DNA from: Thermofilaceae archaeon
Lineage (GTDB): Archaea > Thermoproteota > Thermoprotei > Thermofilales > Thermofilaceae
Assembly (NCBI GenBank): GCA_038861545.1
Contig: JAWCCZ010000001.1
Coordinates: 1 to 64,000, forward strand
DNA length: 64,000 nucleotides
Reading direction: 5' to 3'
Numbering within the stretch: the first letter of the stretch is position 1; each line of letters opens with the position of its first letter. Below the pieces are notes generated by a model. It saw only the letters and a program-made list of their open reading frames with translations, was not told where the DNA came from and did no database searches. This document shows, piece by piece, positions 1 to 8,924 of this stretch. Both the position numbers and the translations under genes were made by a program.

Positions 1-641
1 AGGAAGTTTCACCTGAAGTACTCGGGTACGCTGAACTAGTTGAAGAAAGAAAAATCGCAGATGAGAAAATGGTCTTCGTTGAAGGCTGCCCCAACCCCAG
101 AGCAGTCAGCATACTAGTAAGAGGAGGAGCGGAGCACATAGTGGATGAAGCTGAGCGTGCAATCCATGATTCCTTGAGCGTGGTTAGAAATGTCATCAGG
201 GAGCCAAAAGTCGTGGCAGGTGGCGGTGCTTTAGAACTAGAATTAGCTATGAGACTTAGGGAATTTGCGGTTGGGTTGCCGAGTAAGGAAAAACTAGCAG
301 TACTTAGATATGCTGATGCTCTTGAGATAATTCCCTCAATATTAGCTCAAACTGCCGGTATGGAACCAGTTGATGTGCTAACTGACTTGAAGAAGAGGCA
401 CAGCGAAGGCGATAAATGGGCAGGCGTCGACGTATTAGGAGGGAAAATAACTAACATGGTTAAGCTCAATATCATAGAACCTGCACTTGTGAAGAAACAA
501 GTTATAAAATCGGCAACTGAGGCTGCTGTAATGATACTCAGGATTGATGACATAATAGCTGCTGCTCCTCCAAAGGATAAGAAAGGCGGAAAGGAAGGAG
601 AAAAAGAGGAGAAAGAGGAGGAAGAGAAAAGTTTCGACTAG
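1..641 (+). CDS. ths: Thermosome (group II chaperonin) subunit, C-terminal part (5' end outside window)
   Basis: [18 protein letters not shown] and [15 protein letters not shown] chaperonin motifs; frame open to the window start. Confidence 0.95.
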   Translation, partial: EVSPEVLGYAELVEERKIADEKMVFVEGCPNPRAVSILVRGGAEHIVDEAERAIHDSLSVVRNVIREPKVVAGGGALELELAMRLREFAVGLPSKEKLAVLRYADALEIIPSILAQTAGMEPVDVLTDLKKRHSEGDKWAGVDVLGGKITNMVKLNIIEPALVKKQVIKSATEAAVMILRIDDIIAAAPPKDKKGGKEGEKEEKEEEEKSFD

Positions 642-688
642 AGATTAAAGCTAAAAAGTTTTATATGTTTTTTTTCTCCCCTCTCGCT

Positions 689-946
689 ATGTCTAGTAAG
701 TTTACTATTAAGGTTGGTCCTCCTTGGCTCACTAAATACGAAAAAGCTCGTATCATAGGTGCTAGAGCGCTTCAGTTATCTCTCGGAGCTCCTCCTCTAT
801 TGGCAATCGAGAAGCTAGGCATGAAAGATCCTGTAGAAATAGCAACTATGGAACTAAAATTCAAAGTATTACCTATAGTAATCAGAAGGTGGACACCTGG
901 AGGTTTGTATCAAGACGTGCCACTAAAGTTCCTTGAAATCCAATAA
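689..946 (+). CDS. rpoK: RNA polymerase subunit K (Rpo6)
   Basis: [22 protein letters not shown] signature; ATG at 689 preferred. Confidence 0.95.
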   Translation: MSSKFTIKVGPPWLTKYEKARIIGARALQLSLGAPPLLAIEKLGMKDPVEIATMELKFKVLPIVIRRWTPGGLYQDVPLKFLEIQ

Positions 947-950
947 AATT

Positions 951-1301
951 TCAAGCTTTACGTAGCCCGACAAACCCCTTACTTATTTCCACCTCCATTA
1001 GATCTCCTATCGTTGGCCTTTCTATTAATTTTTCCCATTCTTCTTCTGTAAGGTAAAGAGATAAGCGTGGTAATCTAGCTCTTCCGGAAGCTCCGAACAG
1101 GGGCATTGCTCGGAAGATTTGCGAAATCACAGGAGCTATTTCCCTTGCGAGCTCGGACTGTTCGGCTGGCATAATTACAGCGCTCGGGGTTTCACGCTCC
1201 TCTGTTAAGTCTACTTTCACTATCCTTTCTCCCCAATGAGTGTCAACAATAGATATGTTAGTCACCACAGCTTTGAACTTGACGGGGGTTTCACCACTCA
1301 C
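951..1301 (-). CDS. rcd-1: Arcadin-1 homologue
   Basis: Colinear with Pyrobaculum arcadin-1 as recalled: VKVDLTEERE, PVISQIFRAMP, PRLSLYLTEEE, IGDLMEVEI. Confidence 0.8.
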   Translation of the reverse strand: MSGETPVKFKAVVTNISIVDTHWGERIVKVDLTEERETPSAVIMPAEQSELAREIAPVISQIFRAMPLFGASGRARLPRLSLYLTEEEWEKLIERPTIGDLMEVEISKGFVGLRKA

Positions 1302-1380
1302 ACTTGGGGTATCTTTGGTAATTTTTAAAGGTGCCTATCAGCAACTTTTTAAGGTGTCTTGCACCTACAAGAGGGAGACT

Positions 1381-1896
1381 ATGTCGGAGTTCGAAGAATG
1401 GTGGCGTAGGACCAGAAGGCTGTTTGATGAAATAGACAAACTCTTTGATGAATTAACTAGGGAAAGCTTTGAGGGCATAACGAGTGGACAGCGTAGGATT
1501 ATCGGACCCTACTATTACGGGTTTTCCGTAACTATAGGGCCAGATGGGATTCCAAAGGTTAAGGAATGGGGGAACATTAAACCTGGCACTATTCGACCGA
1601 AGGTATCGGATACTGTCGAGCCATTCGTTGATGTAATCGAAGAAGAAGAGAATCTAAGAATAATTGTTGACATGCCTGGCGTTGAGAAAGAAGATATTCA
1701 GCTCGAATCTACAGAAACTGAGGTAACAGTTTCAGCTGAAAGGGGGGATAGAAAATATTTCAAAGTAATTAAACTACCCTCACGCGTTAAACCCGATTCA
1801 GCTAAAGCTCAATATAAAAATGGTGTTTTAACAATAGTACTAGAGAAACTTGAAAAAGATAAGAAGGGTAAAGGTTTTAAAGTGAAAATTGAGTAA
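1381..1896 (+). CDS. hsp20: Archaeal small heat-shock protein Hsp20
   Basis: GPYYYGFSVTIGPDG N-terminal motif and alpha-crystallin domain (DMPGV, AQYKNGVL, C-terminal IxI-like VKIE); start at 1381. Confidence 0.93.
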   Translation: MSEFEEWWRRTRRLFDEIDKLFDELTRESFEGITSGQRRIIGPYYYGFSVTIGPDGIPKVKEWGNIKPGTIRPKVSDTVEPFVDVIEEEENLRIIVDMPGVEKEDIQLESTETEVTVSAERGDRKYFKVIKLPSRVKPDSAKAQYKNGVLTIVLEKLEKDKKGKGFKVKIE

Positions 1897-2044
1897 TAAA
1901 TAAAATAAATTTTTCTTTTTATAGTTTCATTTACTTCCCAATATTTTATTTGAGGTTGCTTGTACGCTGATTTACACGATCTTGAGCGTAAAGGATAAAA
2001 ATGGGGGTCTGATAGCCCAGACCGTAAAGCAAAGGTGCTGTAAC

Positions 2045-2326
2045 ATGGCCACGGTAGGTGAAGGAAGTATACTGATTGGGCAAAAGCCGGTAATGAACTA
2101 CGTGTTAGCAACAGTAATACAATTCAATCAAGGAGCTCAGAGAGTTTCTCTTAAGGCGAGAGGTCGAGCTATTTCAAAAGCTGTTGATGCTGCTGAAATA
2201 GTTAGAACCAGGTTCCTACAAGGGCAAGTAGACATTTCATCGATTAAGATCAGCAGTGAAAAAGTTGGTGAACCAGGAAAAGAGCGGCTGGTATCTACTA
2301 TAGAAATAGTACTTGAAAGAAAGTAG
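2045..2326 (+). CDS. albA: DNA/RNA-binding protein Alba
   Basis: [34 protein letters not shown]. Confidence 0.96.
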   Translation: MATVGEGSILIGQKPVMNYVLATVIQFNQGAQRVSLKARGRAISKAVDAAEIVRTRFLQGQVDISSIKISSEKVGEPGKERLVSTIEIVLERK

Positions 2327-2406
2327 CAAGTAAAAGAGAGAACCTAAGAAAGGACAATATTTTTGTTAAATATATATTATATTGCGATTATTTTTCGTCC
2401 AAGATT

Positions 2407-2688
2407 TTATTCTCCCTTTGTCCAGAAAGCATAAACAACTAGCCATAATAACGGTATACTAGCAGCCGAGAGAGCTAAGGCAGTGTAAATAAGCTTAGAT
2501 CTGGAAGTGCCGACCAGATATAAGTTTAGAAGTAAAGTTAACGTAATGTAACTCGTTAGTATTCGTAGCAACCTGAGTTGTTTTTTAACGCTAGAATACC
2601 TTAGAGCAAGTGCGAGGATAATTGTCAGAGCTAGGCAAACTGAGGAGTTTAGTAGAGCTGTAAACTCTGGAAGATTTTGATCGAACAC
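2407..2688 (-). CDS. Small membrane protein (3 predicted TM helices), hypothetical
   Basis: Three hydrophobic stretches; co-oriented with 2698-3443. Confidence 0.6.
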   Translation of the reverse strand: MFDQNLPEFTALLNSSVCLALTIILALALRYSSVKKQLRLLRILTSYITLTLLLNLYLVGTSRSKLIYTALALSAASIPLLWLVVYAFWTKGE

Positions 2689-2697
2689 ATTATCACC

Positions 2698-3042
2698 TTA
2701 CATATTGATAAACTCAGGCTTTTTCGCTACACTAACTATTGGTATGCAAATCCAGCCTGCACGGATTCCATTATGTATTTCAATTTTTTCTCCTCCGTCA
2801 TCTACTTTAACCAGGATATAATTCCCTTTAAGCTTCTCTTGTGTTTCTACGTAGTAAAACAATGGGACTCCATTAAGTTCATAATAATCTCTCATAGTAA
2901 TTACTAACCCGTAGTAGTGTTTACCCTCATATTCGAAATGCATAATATATACTCCACCGCTTACGCTAACCATGGCAGAGGCGAGTCTAGCTAGATCAGC
3001 AATATTCTCGAGCCTGATGCTAACTGCTTCTTTACCTACCAT
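2698..3042 (-). CDS. Conserved crenarchaeal hypothetical protein
   Basis: Globular composition; LADLAR-like start and YYELNGVPLFYY motif resemble a crenarchaeal small-protein family. Confidence 0.7.
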   Translation of the reverse strand: MVGKEAVSIRLENIADLARLASAMVSVSGGVYIMHFEYEGKHYYGLVITMRDYYELNGVPLFYYVETQEKLKGNYILVKVDDGGEKIEIHNGIRAGWICIPIVSVAKKPEFINM

Positions 3043-3044
3043 TT

Positions 3045-3443
3045 TCAGGTCACCGTTTGCTGCTTTCCGCGTTCGATTTTATCTACGATTACTGGTTCTC
3101 CTTTACGTAGCAATTTCAAGTTTTCTATATTCCCTGTTACTTTACCTACTAAAGATGACTTGAAACGAAGTTTTTCAACGGGAGCTACTACAACAGCTAT
3201 ACTACTTGTGTATGGTATTACGAGCACGTCGCCCGGCTTAGCTGAGATATAAAGGTCTTCAAGCAATACACGTACACCCAATGTAAAGTAAAAAGCATAT
3301 GAATCAAGTGTATAGGCCCTAGCTTTAGCAGGCAGTATCGCTGAAAGTATTTCATAGTTTAGTGGGGCCCAATCCCGGTAAATTTCTCCCTCTACAAGTG
3401 AAGCGCCGTCAAGCTTTCTGATAACTACTCTAAGATTACTCAT
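3045..3443 (-). CDS. Cyclophilin-like fold protein (DUF369/TM1367-like)
   Basis: APLNYEILSAILP, PGDV..P, VGKVTGNIENL pattern. Confidence 0.6.
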   Translation of the reverse strand: MSNLRVVIRKLDGASLVEGEIYRDWAPLNYEILSAILPAKARAYTLDSYAFYFTLGVRVLLEDLYISAKPGDVLVIPYTSSIAVVVAPVEKLRFKSSLVGKVTGNIENLKLLRKGEPVIVDKIERGKQQTVT

Positions 3444-3528
3444 ACGTTTAAGAAGGCTACCAAGTTTTAATTAATATTTCCCCCATTTACGAGACATGTT
3501 TATTTAACCTAGTTTAAGTGCTTAATTT

Positions 3529-3756
3529 ATGGATCTTTCGTTTAGGGATTTCAAAGACCCTCGTGAGGCCTTAAAAGCCTTAGAAAAGAGAAAAAAGGAG
3601 CTAGAGGATGAATTAGAAAAACTTGTTAAAAGGAAAAATAAGGGTGAAATAAACGAGGAGGAATTCCATGAATATAGAAACAAAATTGAAAGAGAATACA
3701 TAGAAGTAATGGATAGATTAGCGCAACTCCGGTTTATAATTAGTGGTGGTTTTTAA
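3529..3756 (+). CDS. 75-aa helical-hairpin protein with SHOCT/CdvA-like GEIxxEEF motif
   Basis: Heptad-rich E/K sequence around KGEINEEEF; TATA-like TTTATTTAA upstream. Confidence 0.75.
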   Translation: MDLSFRDFKDPREALKALEKRKKELEDELEKLVKRKNKGEINEEEFHEYRNKIEREYIEVMDRLAQLRFIISGGF

Positions 3757-3826
3757 CATACTTTCGGTCAACTAAACCAATGTAGCTTTTAAATACTCGG
3801 TGCTTTTCTTCAAGGCGGAGGTTGTA

Positions 3827-5107
3827 ATGGGGGTCGATCCGTACAGGGCCAAATACGCTTACGGTGAAGACTATGGAACAAGGTTTTTTAAATACGGGAT
3901 ACTAAAAGAGGGAAAGCCTAGGGTAACCACTAGTTCTGGGTTATTCCTTGAGGAAAGTTTCCTTTTAAAGCATTTCGGTGTTGAGAAAAAACTTGTAGTT
4001 GGAGACGAGGTATCGAAGTACGCAGCCTCAGTAAGTTCTCTGGCTCGGAATTTAGTGTTTCCCCTTAGCGATGGAGAGGTAAAAAGAGATGATGAGAGAG
4101 CATGGACTGTAATAAGAGAGCTCACAAGAAAGGGTTTCGATGATTTCAAAGGACATACCGGAGGTGACTTTGATGGTTTTTATGTAACAGCCGCAGTGTC
4201 GGCAATAGCTCCTGATTATATGTATGAAAGGCTACTGAAAATCCATGCTGAGATTGATGAAAAGACTCGTCTGGTCAAAGCTTTTACAATAATTCCTCAA
4301 CCGTTAGCAGTAGCTATTGCGGAGCAAGAGACATCTTGTTTAGTCATTGAATCAGGGCATGGGAATACTCAGGTTACACCAATTCGCATGTACCCAATTA
4401 GAGACGCTATTGTTGCACTTTACCGAGGTGGCGCTGAGGCCGACGCGATCGCTGCTGAGGTTTTGAAAGATCTAGGTTATGGTGATCTAGTGAGCGATGA
4501 GTATGCCATAAGGAAATTTAAAGAGGATGCTGGCCTAGTACCGATAGATTTAGACGAAGCTATAAAAAGAGCAAGAGAAGAACCCGGCAAGTTAAGGACG
4601 AAGGTTAAACTCTCGGCGCTAGTAGAAGTAGATTTCGAGGAAAAAGGCTGGCTACGGTATCTAATAGGAGAAGTAATATTCAATCCAATGCATGAAGTTT
4701 TCGATAGCTACAGGAAAAGAGGTGTTTTAAACATAAGAGATGCAAGATTAGGTGATGAAGTTATAGAGGGGACATTGCCTCTAGAAGATGCAATAATGCG
4801 ATCAACCAGAAAGCTTCGAATATCGATTCAAAATGAAGTTTTAAGCAAGGTAATCCTCAGCGGAGGGAACTTCAATTGGAAGGTACCGGAAAATCTGAAA
4901 GGAATAGCTGTCGACTCTCCTACAAAGGTAAAGTTCCTATTAGATAAAAAACTTAGAGGCGAGGTAAATATATCTGTGAGGCTTGCGCGCGATCCCCAGT
5001 TTTCTGTGTGGAAAGGATGTGTCACATGGAGTTTTGCACTTCCAGAAGACTATCGGTGGAGTTGGGAGAGGAGGGAGGGATGGTTCAAGCGAGGTGCGGA
5101 CTACTAA
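3827..5107 (+). CDS. Crenactin (archaeal actin)
   Basis: Actin phosphate-1 GEDYGT, IPQPLAVAIAE, phosphate-2 ESGHGNTQV, adenosine ILSGGN, connect SVWKG; colinear with Pyrobaculum crenactin; SD GGAGGT before ATG 3827. Confidence 0.96.
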   Translation: MGVDPYRAKYAYGEDYGTRFFKYGILKEGKPRVTTSSGLFLEESFLLKHFGVEKKLVVGDEVSKYAASVSSLARNLVFPLSDGEVKRDDERAWTVIRELTRKGFDDFKGHTGGDFDGFYVTAAVSAIAPDYMYERLLKIHAEIDEKTRLVKAFTIIPQPLAVAIAEQETSCLVIESGHGNTQVTPIRMYPIRDAIVALYRGGAEADAIAAEVLKDLGYGDLVSDEYAIRKFKEDAGLVPIDLDEAIKRAREEPGKLRTKVKLSALVEVDFEEKGWLRYLIGEVIFNPMHEVFDSYRKRGVLNIRDARLGDEVIEGTLPLEDAIMRSTRKLRISIQNEVLSKVILSGGNFNWKVPENLKGIAVDSPTKVKFLLDKKLRGEVNISVRLARDPQFSVWKGCVTWSFALPEDYRWSWERREGWFKRGADY

Positions 5108-5850
5108 TGCCTAATGAGGAGATAAAAAATCCTATAAGGGATTTTTTTGTAAACAAAGGTTATAGAGAATTAAAAGATATCACAGGTGTTGACTTAGCAT
5201 TTAGTGACGGGGAAACTAGAATAGGTATTAAAATATTTACACTAAGTGGCAGTATAACTAAATTAGCTGAGAAGATTAGATTATTTATTTATGAAGCATT
5301 AAACTCCCGCAAATATAGTAAGTACTACATAGCTTTACCGGGCCTTCGAGTGGGTGCTTTGCCAACCTCACGCGAATTTGAGGCAAGCGGGATAGGGTTG
5401 TTAAAAGTAAGCGAAGAGGTTGAAGAACTAATCCCCGCTCGGCTTCTCAGTGACAGCGGTGAAAAAGTGGAAGCATTAAACTCTCCTCGAATTGATGAGG
5501 CCGCGTTACGAGTTATCGCGGAAGAACTACTAAGAAAGAACTTGAGTACTATGATACGTGAAGCCATTGAAGCGGTTCTTCGTGAAGAGTTTCCGATTTT
5601 CGAAACAGTGGACACAGAAAGGCTGGAAAAAGTAATCAGGAGGCTAGAAGAGGCAACAAGTACACTCGCTGCGCTTATTTCCAGCGGCGGGAATGCAATC
5701 CAGTCAAGTGGATTTCGATCAAGTCGTTCATTTTATGAGAAACGCACTAACATCGGCGAGGTTTACAAAGAAGAGGTACCTGAGTGGGTTTTAAATAATC
5801 CATGGGTGGAAAGAATTAGGAATAGAAGGGAAGCAGAGAGTGAGGCTTAG
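5107..5850 (+). CDS. rcd-2: Arcadin-2 homologue (crenactin-binding C-terminal helix)
   Basis: TAATG-coupled to crenactin; C-terminal NNPWVERIRNR resembles the arcadin-2 crenactin-binding peptide. Confidence 0.75.
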   Translation: MPNEEIKNPIRDFFVNKGYRELKDITGVDLAFSDGETRIGIKIFTLSGSITKLAEKIRLFIYEALNSRKYSKYYIALPGLRVGALPTSREFEASGIGLLKVSEEVEELIPARLLSDSGEKVEALNSPRIDEAALRVIAEELLRKNLSTMIREAIEAVLREEFPIFETVDTERLEKVIRRLEEATSTLAALISSGGNAIQSSGFRSSRSFYEKRTNIGEVYKEEVPEWVLNNPWVERIRNRREAESEA

Positions 5851-5859
5851 GGGGTCTCG

Positions 5860-6063
5860 ATGAACAGAGAGCATGAAACTATTTCTCTCTATAGAATTCT
5901 TATAGAGCTCTTATCAGCTAGGCTAAAAGATCCCTTTACTTTTAGCCTAGCTGAAAGGTTGTTAAAGGTCTACGAAGAAAGGGGGCATAGAGGGTTAAAG
6001 GAAGAAATTGAGAGAATTCTAGCCGAGGTGGTTGAGGGTGCTATTAAAACGGGTGGAGATTGA
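5860..6063 (+). CDS. rcd-3: Arcadin-3-like small helical protein
   Basis: Size and position between rcd-2 and the SMC-like rcd-4. Confidence 0.6.
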   Translation: MNREHETISLYRILIELLSARLKDPFTFSLAERLLKVYEERGHRGLKEEIERILAEVVEGAIKTGGD

Positions 6064-8428
6064 AGGCTTCAGAGCATTTAGGGATCATCTTAACATAGAT
6101 ATCGACGATAATTTAACAATTATCTATGGACCACCAGGTTCGGGGAAAACCAGCTTTCTAAAGAGTATAGAATTTGCATTGTTCGGAACAACCAGAGAGG
6201 TTGTATCTAGAAGTCTACGTAGAGAGGATCTTATCAATGATTTTTGTGATAGGGCATTTGTTTCATTGGTATTACTGGACGAAGTTTCTGGCGAGATTCG
6301 AGTAGAACGAGTTATTGAGCGAAAAGGAGATAGTAAACTAAGGGTTATTCAAGGAACCAGCGAGTTTCTTGATGAACAAGCAGAAGAATTTCTTCGATCA
6401 AAGCTTGGATGCACGCTAGAAGAGTTTATTACTTACATATCCTTAGGACATGCAGAACTTTATTCGTTAATTTATTCGTCCCCGGCAACTAGGGATAGGT
6501 TGATAGACAAGCTATTAGGACTTAACGAGGTTAAGCGTTTTTACGGCGAACTTGGAGGGAGAAGAAGGGATGTTAAAATCTACATTGAAGCTCTGAAAGG
6601 GGAGAGCAAGCGATTCGGAGGCGAAAAAATTTTCGAAGAAATTGAGTCACTTGAAATCGATCTATCAAGTTTATTGAAAAAGAAAGATGAGATTCAAGAG
6701 GAGTTAAAGAAGCTTGAAATAGAAAAAGAGATTTTGGAGGATAAGAAATTTTATTTTGATGAATTACTTGATAAATTAAGAAACTTATTAGATGAAAAAG
6801 AAAAATATGAAAGGATCCTGAAAAGTATTGGCGGGTCTAGAGCTGCTAAATATCCACGTGTTGATAAAGAGTATTTGTTAGCTTATGCTGAGGACGTTAA
6901 GCACAGGCTTGCAGATTTGCTAGAGGAGTTGTACATGAAGACTGATGCCGATGCGATGCGCTCAGAGGTAGAGGCTCATAGTACAGATAGTTTACTTGCC
7001 TTAGCTAAAAGTTATTTGAAAAAAATTGGGGAATATATATTGAAACTGGAATATGATGTCCGTGATGCACATAGGGATACTGAGGATTTAGAAGAGGAGA
7101 TAAAATCACTTGAAGATGAATTATCCGAAAACGAATTAAAAATAAAATCTTTGCAAGATGGCAAGATGGAATATGAAAGAATAATTAAAAAGTACGGAAA
7201 TAGGGAAGAAATTTTCAAAAAAATTACTCAAATAGAAGTTCAACTTAAGACTATGTATGCAGAGAAAGATAAGTGTTCGTGTGTGAAAGTTCTTCAAGAC
7301 GGAATCTTAAGCTCACTGAAGAATCAAGGTACTGCACAGTGCCCTGTGTGCGGCACTTTAGTAAATAGTGCTGTGAATTTACCCAAGGTGGAATCTCCTG
7401 AAAGCTTGAAAAGAAGAGTTGATGAAATTGAAAAGGAGTTAAAAGAATTACGGAGTGCTAGCGAAAAAGTAAGTCGTCTTGAACCAGACTTACGCATGTT
7501 ACTCGAGCATGAGGAGAGGGGCAGAGAACTTAGGGAATTCATGGATTCCAAGCTTGAAGAATTGGAGGATGCTAGGACCAAAGCAAATGAGCTCGAGTCA
7601 AGATTAGAAAACATCAAAAGTAAGTTTAATAATTTACAATTAATGGTAGAAAAGCTTGAAAGTTTGATTAATATATATGAGATCAACGAAGTAGAAGATA
7701 AGCTAAATAAAATAAATAATGAATTAATTAAAAATGGATATGATGAAGTTTATTACAAAAAATTATTAAAAGATATAGAAAATATTAATAATAAAATCTA
7801 TGAATTGAAGGGAAGGTTGGATGAATTAAATAATAATGAAAATAAGTTATTATATAAGATTAATATGCTAAAATTAAATGCTAATAATCTAATGATACTT
7901 AAAGAAAAACTAAAAAAAGCTGAGCGATTATATAATTCGCTAGAAGAAATTCGTATCGCAATAAAGCGGGCACATATGGATCTCAGACAAAAGCTTGTTA
8001 ACAAGCTAACAGAGAATATAAACTTAATATTTAATTCTTTGAATTTTTCTAAAGAATACCTTGATGTGAAAGTGGAAATTGAAACAGAAGCCGGCGGGCG
8101 CGGACACTATATTTTTTACATTCGTAGGGCAGCTGACAGTAGCTATGTTCCGGTAATTACAAGGCTCAGTGACGGTCAGAGAGCGCTTTTGACCTTGTCA
8201 CTGATCTTAGCTCTTAGTAAACTAAAAACACATAGGTGCTCATTTCTGCTTCTAGATGATCCAATACCTAACATTGACGACTCAGTGAAAATAGCTATTG
8301 TTAAAGAATTACGCGAAAAGGGGGTTTCTAAACAAATTATACTTTCAACTCAGAGTAGGCAACTAGCAAGTGAGCTAAAAAGCTTAGCTAAGGTGTACGA
8401 TTTAACTACTTATACTAAGACTTATTGA
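6032..8428 (+). CDS. rcd-4: Arcadin-4, SMC/Rad50-like ATPase with zinc hook
   Basis: Walker A GPPGSGKT, long coiled coils, central CPVC, signature LSDGQ, Walker B LLLDDP; last gene of the arcade cluster. Confidence 0.85.
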   Translation: MRVLLKRVEIEGFRAFRDHLNIDIDDNLTIIYGPPGSGKTSFLKSIEFALFGTTREVVSRSLRREDLINDFCDRAFVSLVLLDEVSGEIRVERVIERKGDSKLRVIQGTSEFLDEQAEEFLRSKLGCTLEEFITYISLGHAELYSLIYSSPATRDRLIDKLLGLNEVKRFYGELGGRRRDVKIYIEALKGESKRFGGEKIFEEIESLEIDLSSLLKKKDEIQEELKKLEIEKEILEDKKFYFDELLDKLRNLLDEKEKYERILKSIGGSRAAKYPRVDKEYLLAYAEDVKHRLADLLEELYMKTDADAMRSEVEAHSTDSLLALAKSYLKKIGEYILKLEYDVRDAHRDTEDLEEEIKSLEDELSENELKIKSLQDGKMEYERIIKKYGNREEIFKKITQIEVQLKTMYAEKDKCSCVKVLQDGILSSLKNQGTAQCPVCGTLVNSAVNLPKVESPESLKRRVDEIEKELKELRSASEKVSRLEPDLRMLLEHEERGRELREFMDSKLEELEDARTKANELESRLENIKSKFNNLQLMVEKLESLINIYEINEVEDKLNKINNELIKNGYDEVYYKKLLKDIENINNKIYELKGRLDELNNNENKLLYKINMLKLNANNLMILKEKLKKAERLYNSLEEIRIAIKRAHMDLRQKLVNKLTENINLIFNSLNFSKEYLDVKVEIETEAGGRGHYIFYIRRAADSSYVPVITRLSDGQRALLTLSLILALSKLKTHRCSFLLLDDPIPNIDDSVKIAIVKELREKGVSKQIILSTQSRQLASELKSLAKVYDLTTYTKTY

Positions 8429-8487
8429 AGTGCTTAAAGCGTGACAAATTTAATATAACCAGTATAATGCACCCTAGGTGTTCGAGT

Positions 8488-8664
8488 ATGGTAAGAACTT
8501 ATATATGCAATTTCTGCGGTGCCGTAATTCAGCCTGGGACGGGCATGTGGTACGTTAGAAATGACGGGTCGATCATAAGGTTCTGCTCAAGTAAATGTTA
8601 TAAGAATTCAATAAAGCTTGGGCGTAATCCAGCCAAGCTTAAATGGACGTTAGCCAGTAAATGA
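8488..8664 (+). CDS. rpl24e: Ribosomal protein L24e
   Basis: CNFCG..IQPGTG..FCSSKC..RNPAKLKWT. Confidence 0.96.
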   Translation: MVRTYICNFCGAVIQPGTGMWYVRNDGSIIRFCSSKCYKNSIKLGRNPAKLKWTLASK

Positions 8665-8742
8665 GCAACTAGTTAATAAAGTAGCCTCCAGGTTTGAGTT
8701 AGCGAAAAAACTATAATACCCTTTTCCGCATCTCCGACAATA

Positions 8743-8818
8743 GCCCCGGTCGTATAGTCTGGTTCAGTATGCCGGCCTGTCGAGCCGGAGAACCCGGGTT
8801 CGAATCCCGGCCGGGGCG
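8743..8818 (+). tRNA. tRNA-Asp(GUC), intronless, CCA not encoded
   Basis: GCCCCGG/CCGGGGC acceptor stem, CCGGC-CTGTCGA-GCCGG anticodon arm, GGTTCGAATCC T-arm. Confidence 0.97.
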
Positions 8819-8924
8819 CTAGTTTTCATAGATAAATAAAATAAGCATGCTTTATATTAAATATAGAGGAAGATTTAACGGATTAAGCAGTTAACGTTGG
8901 TAGGGGAACAATCTTATCTCTCAG

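Noticed and set aside
1240-1380. N-terminal extensions given by the ORF track for hsp20 (also 5008, 24858, 30615, 61766)
   Set aside because: They overlap neighbouring genes or promoters; downstream starts match the family N-termini
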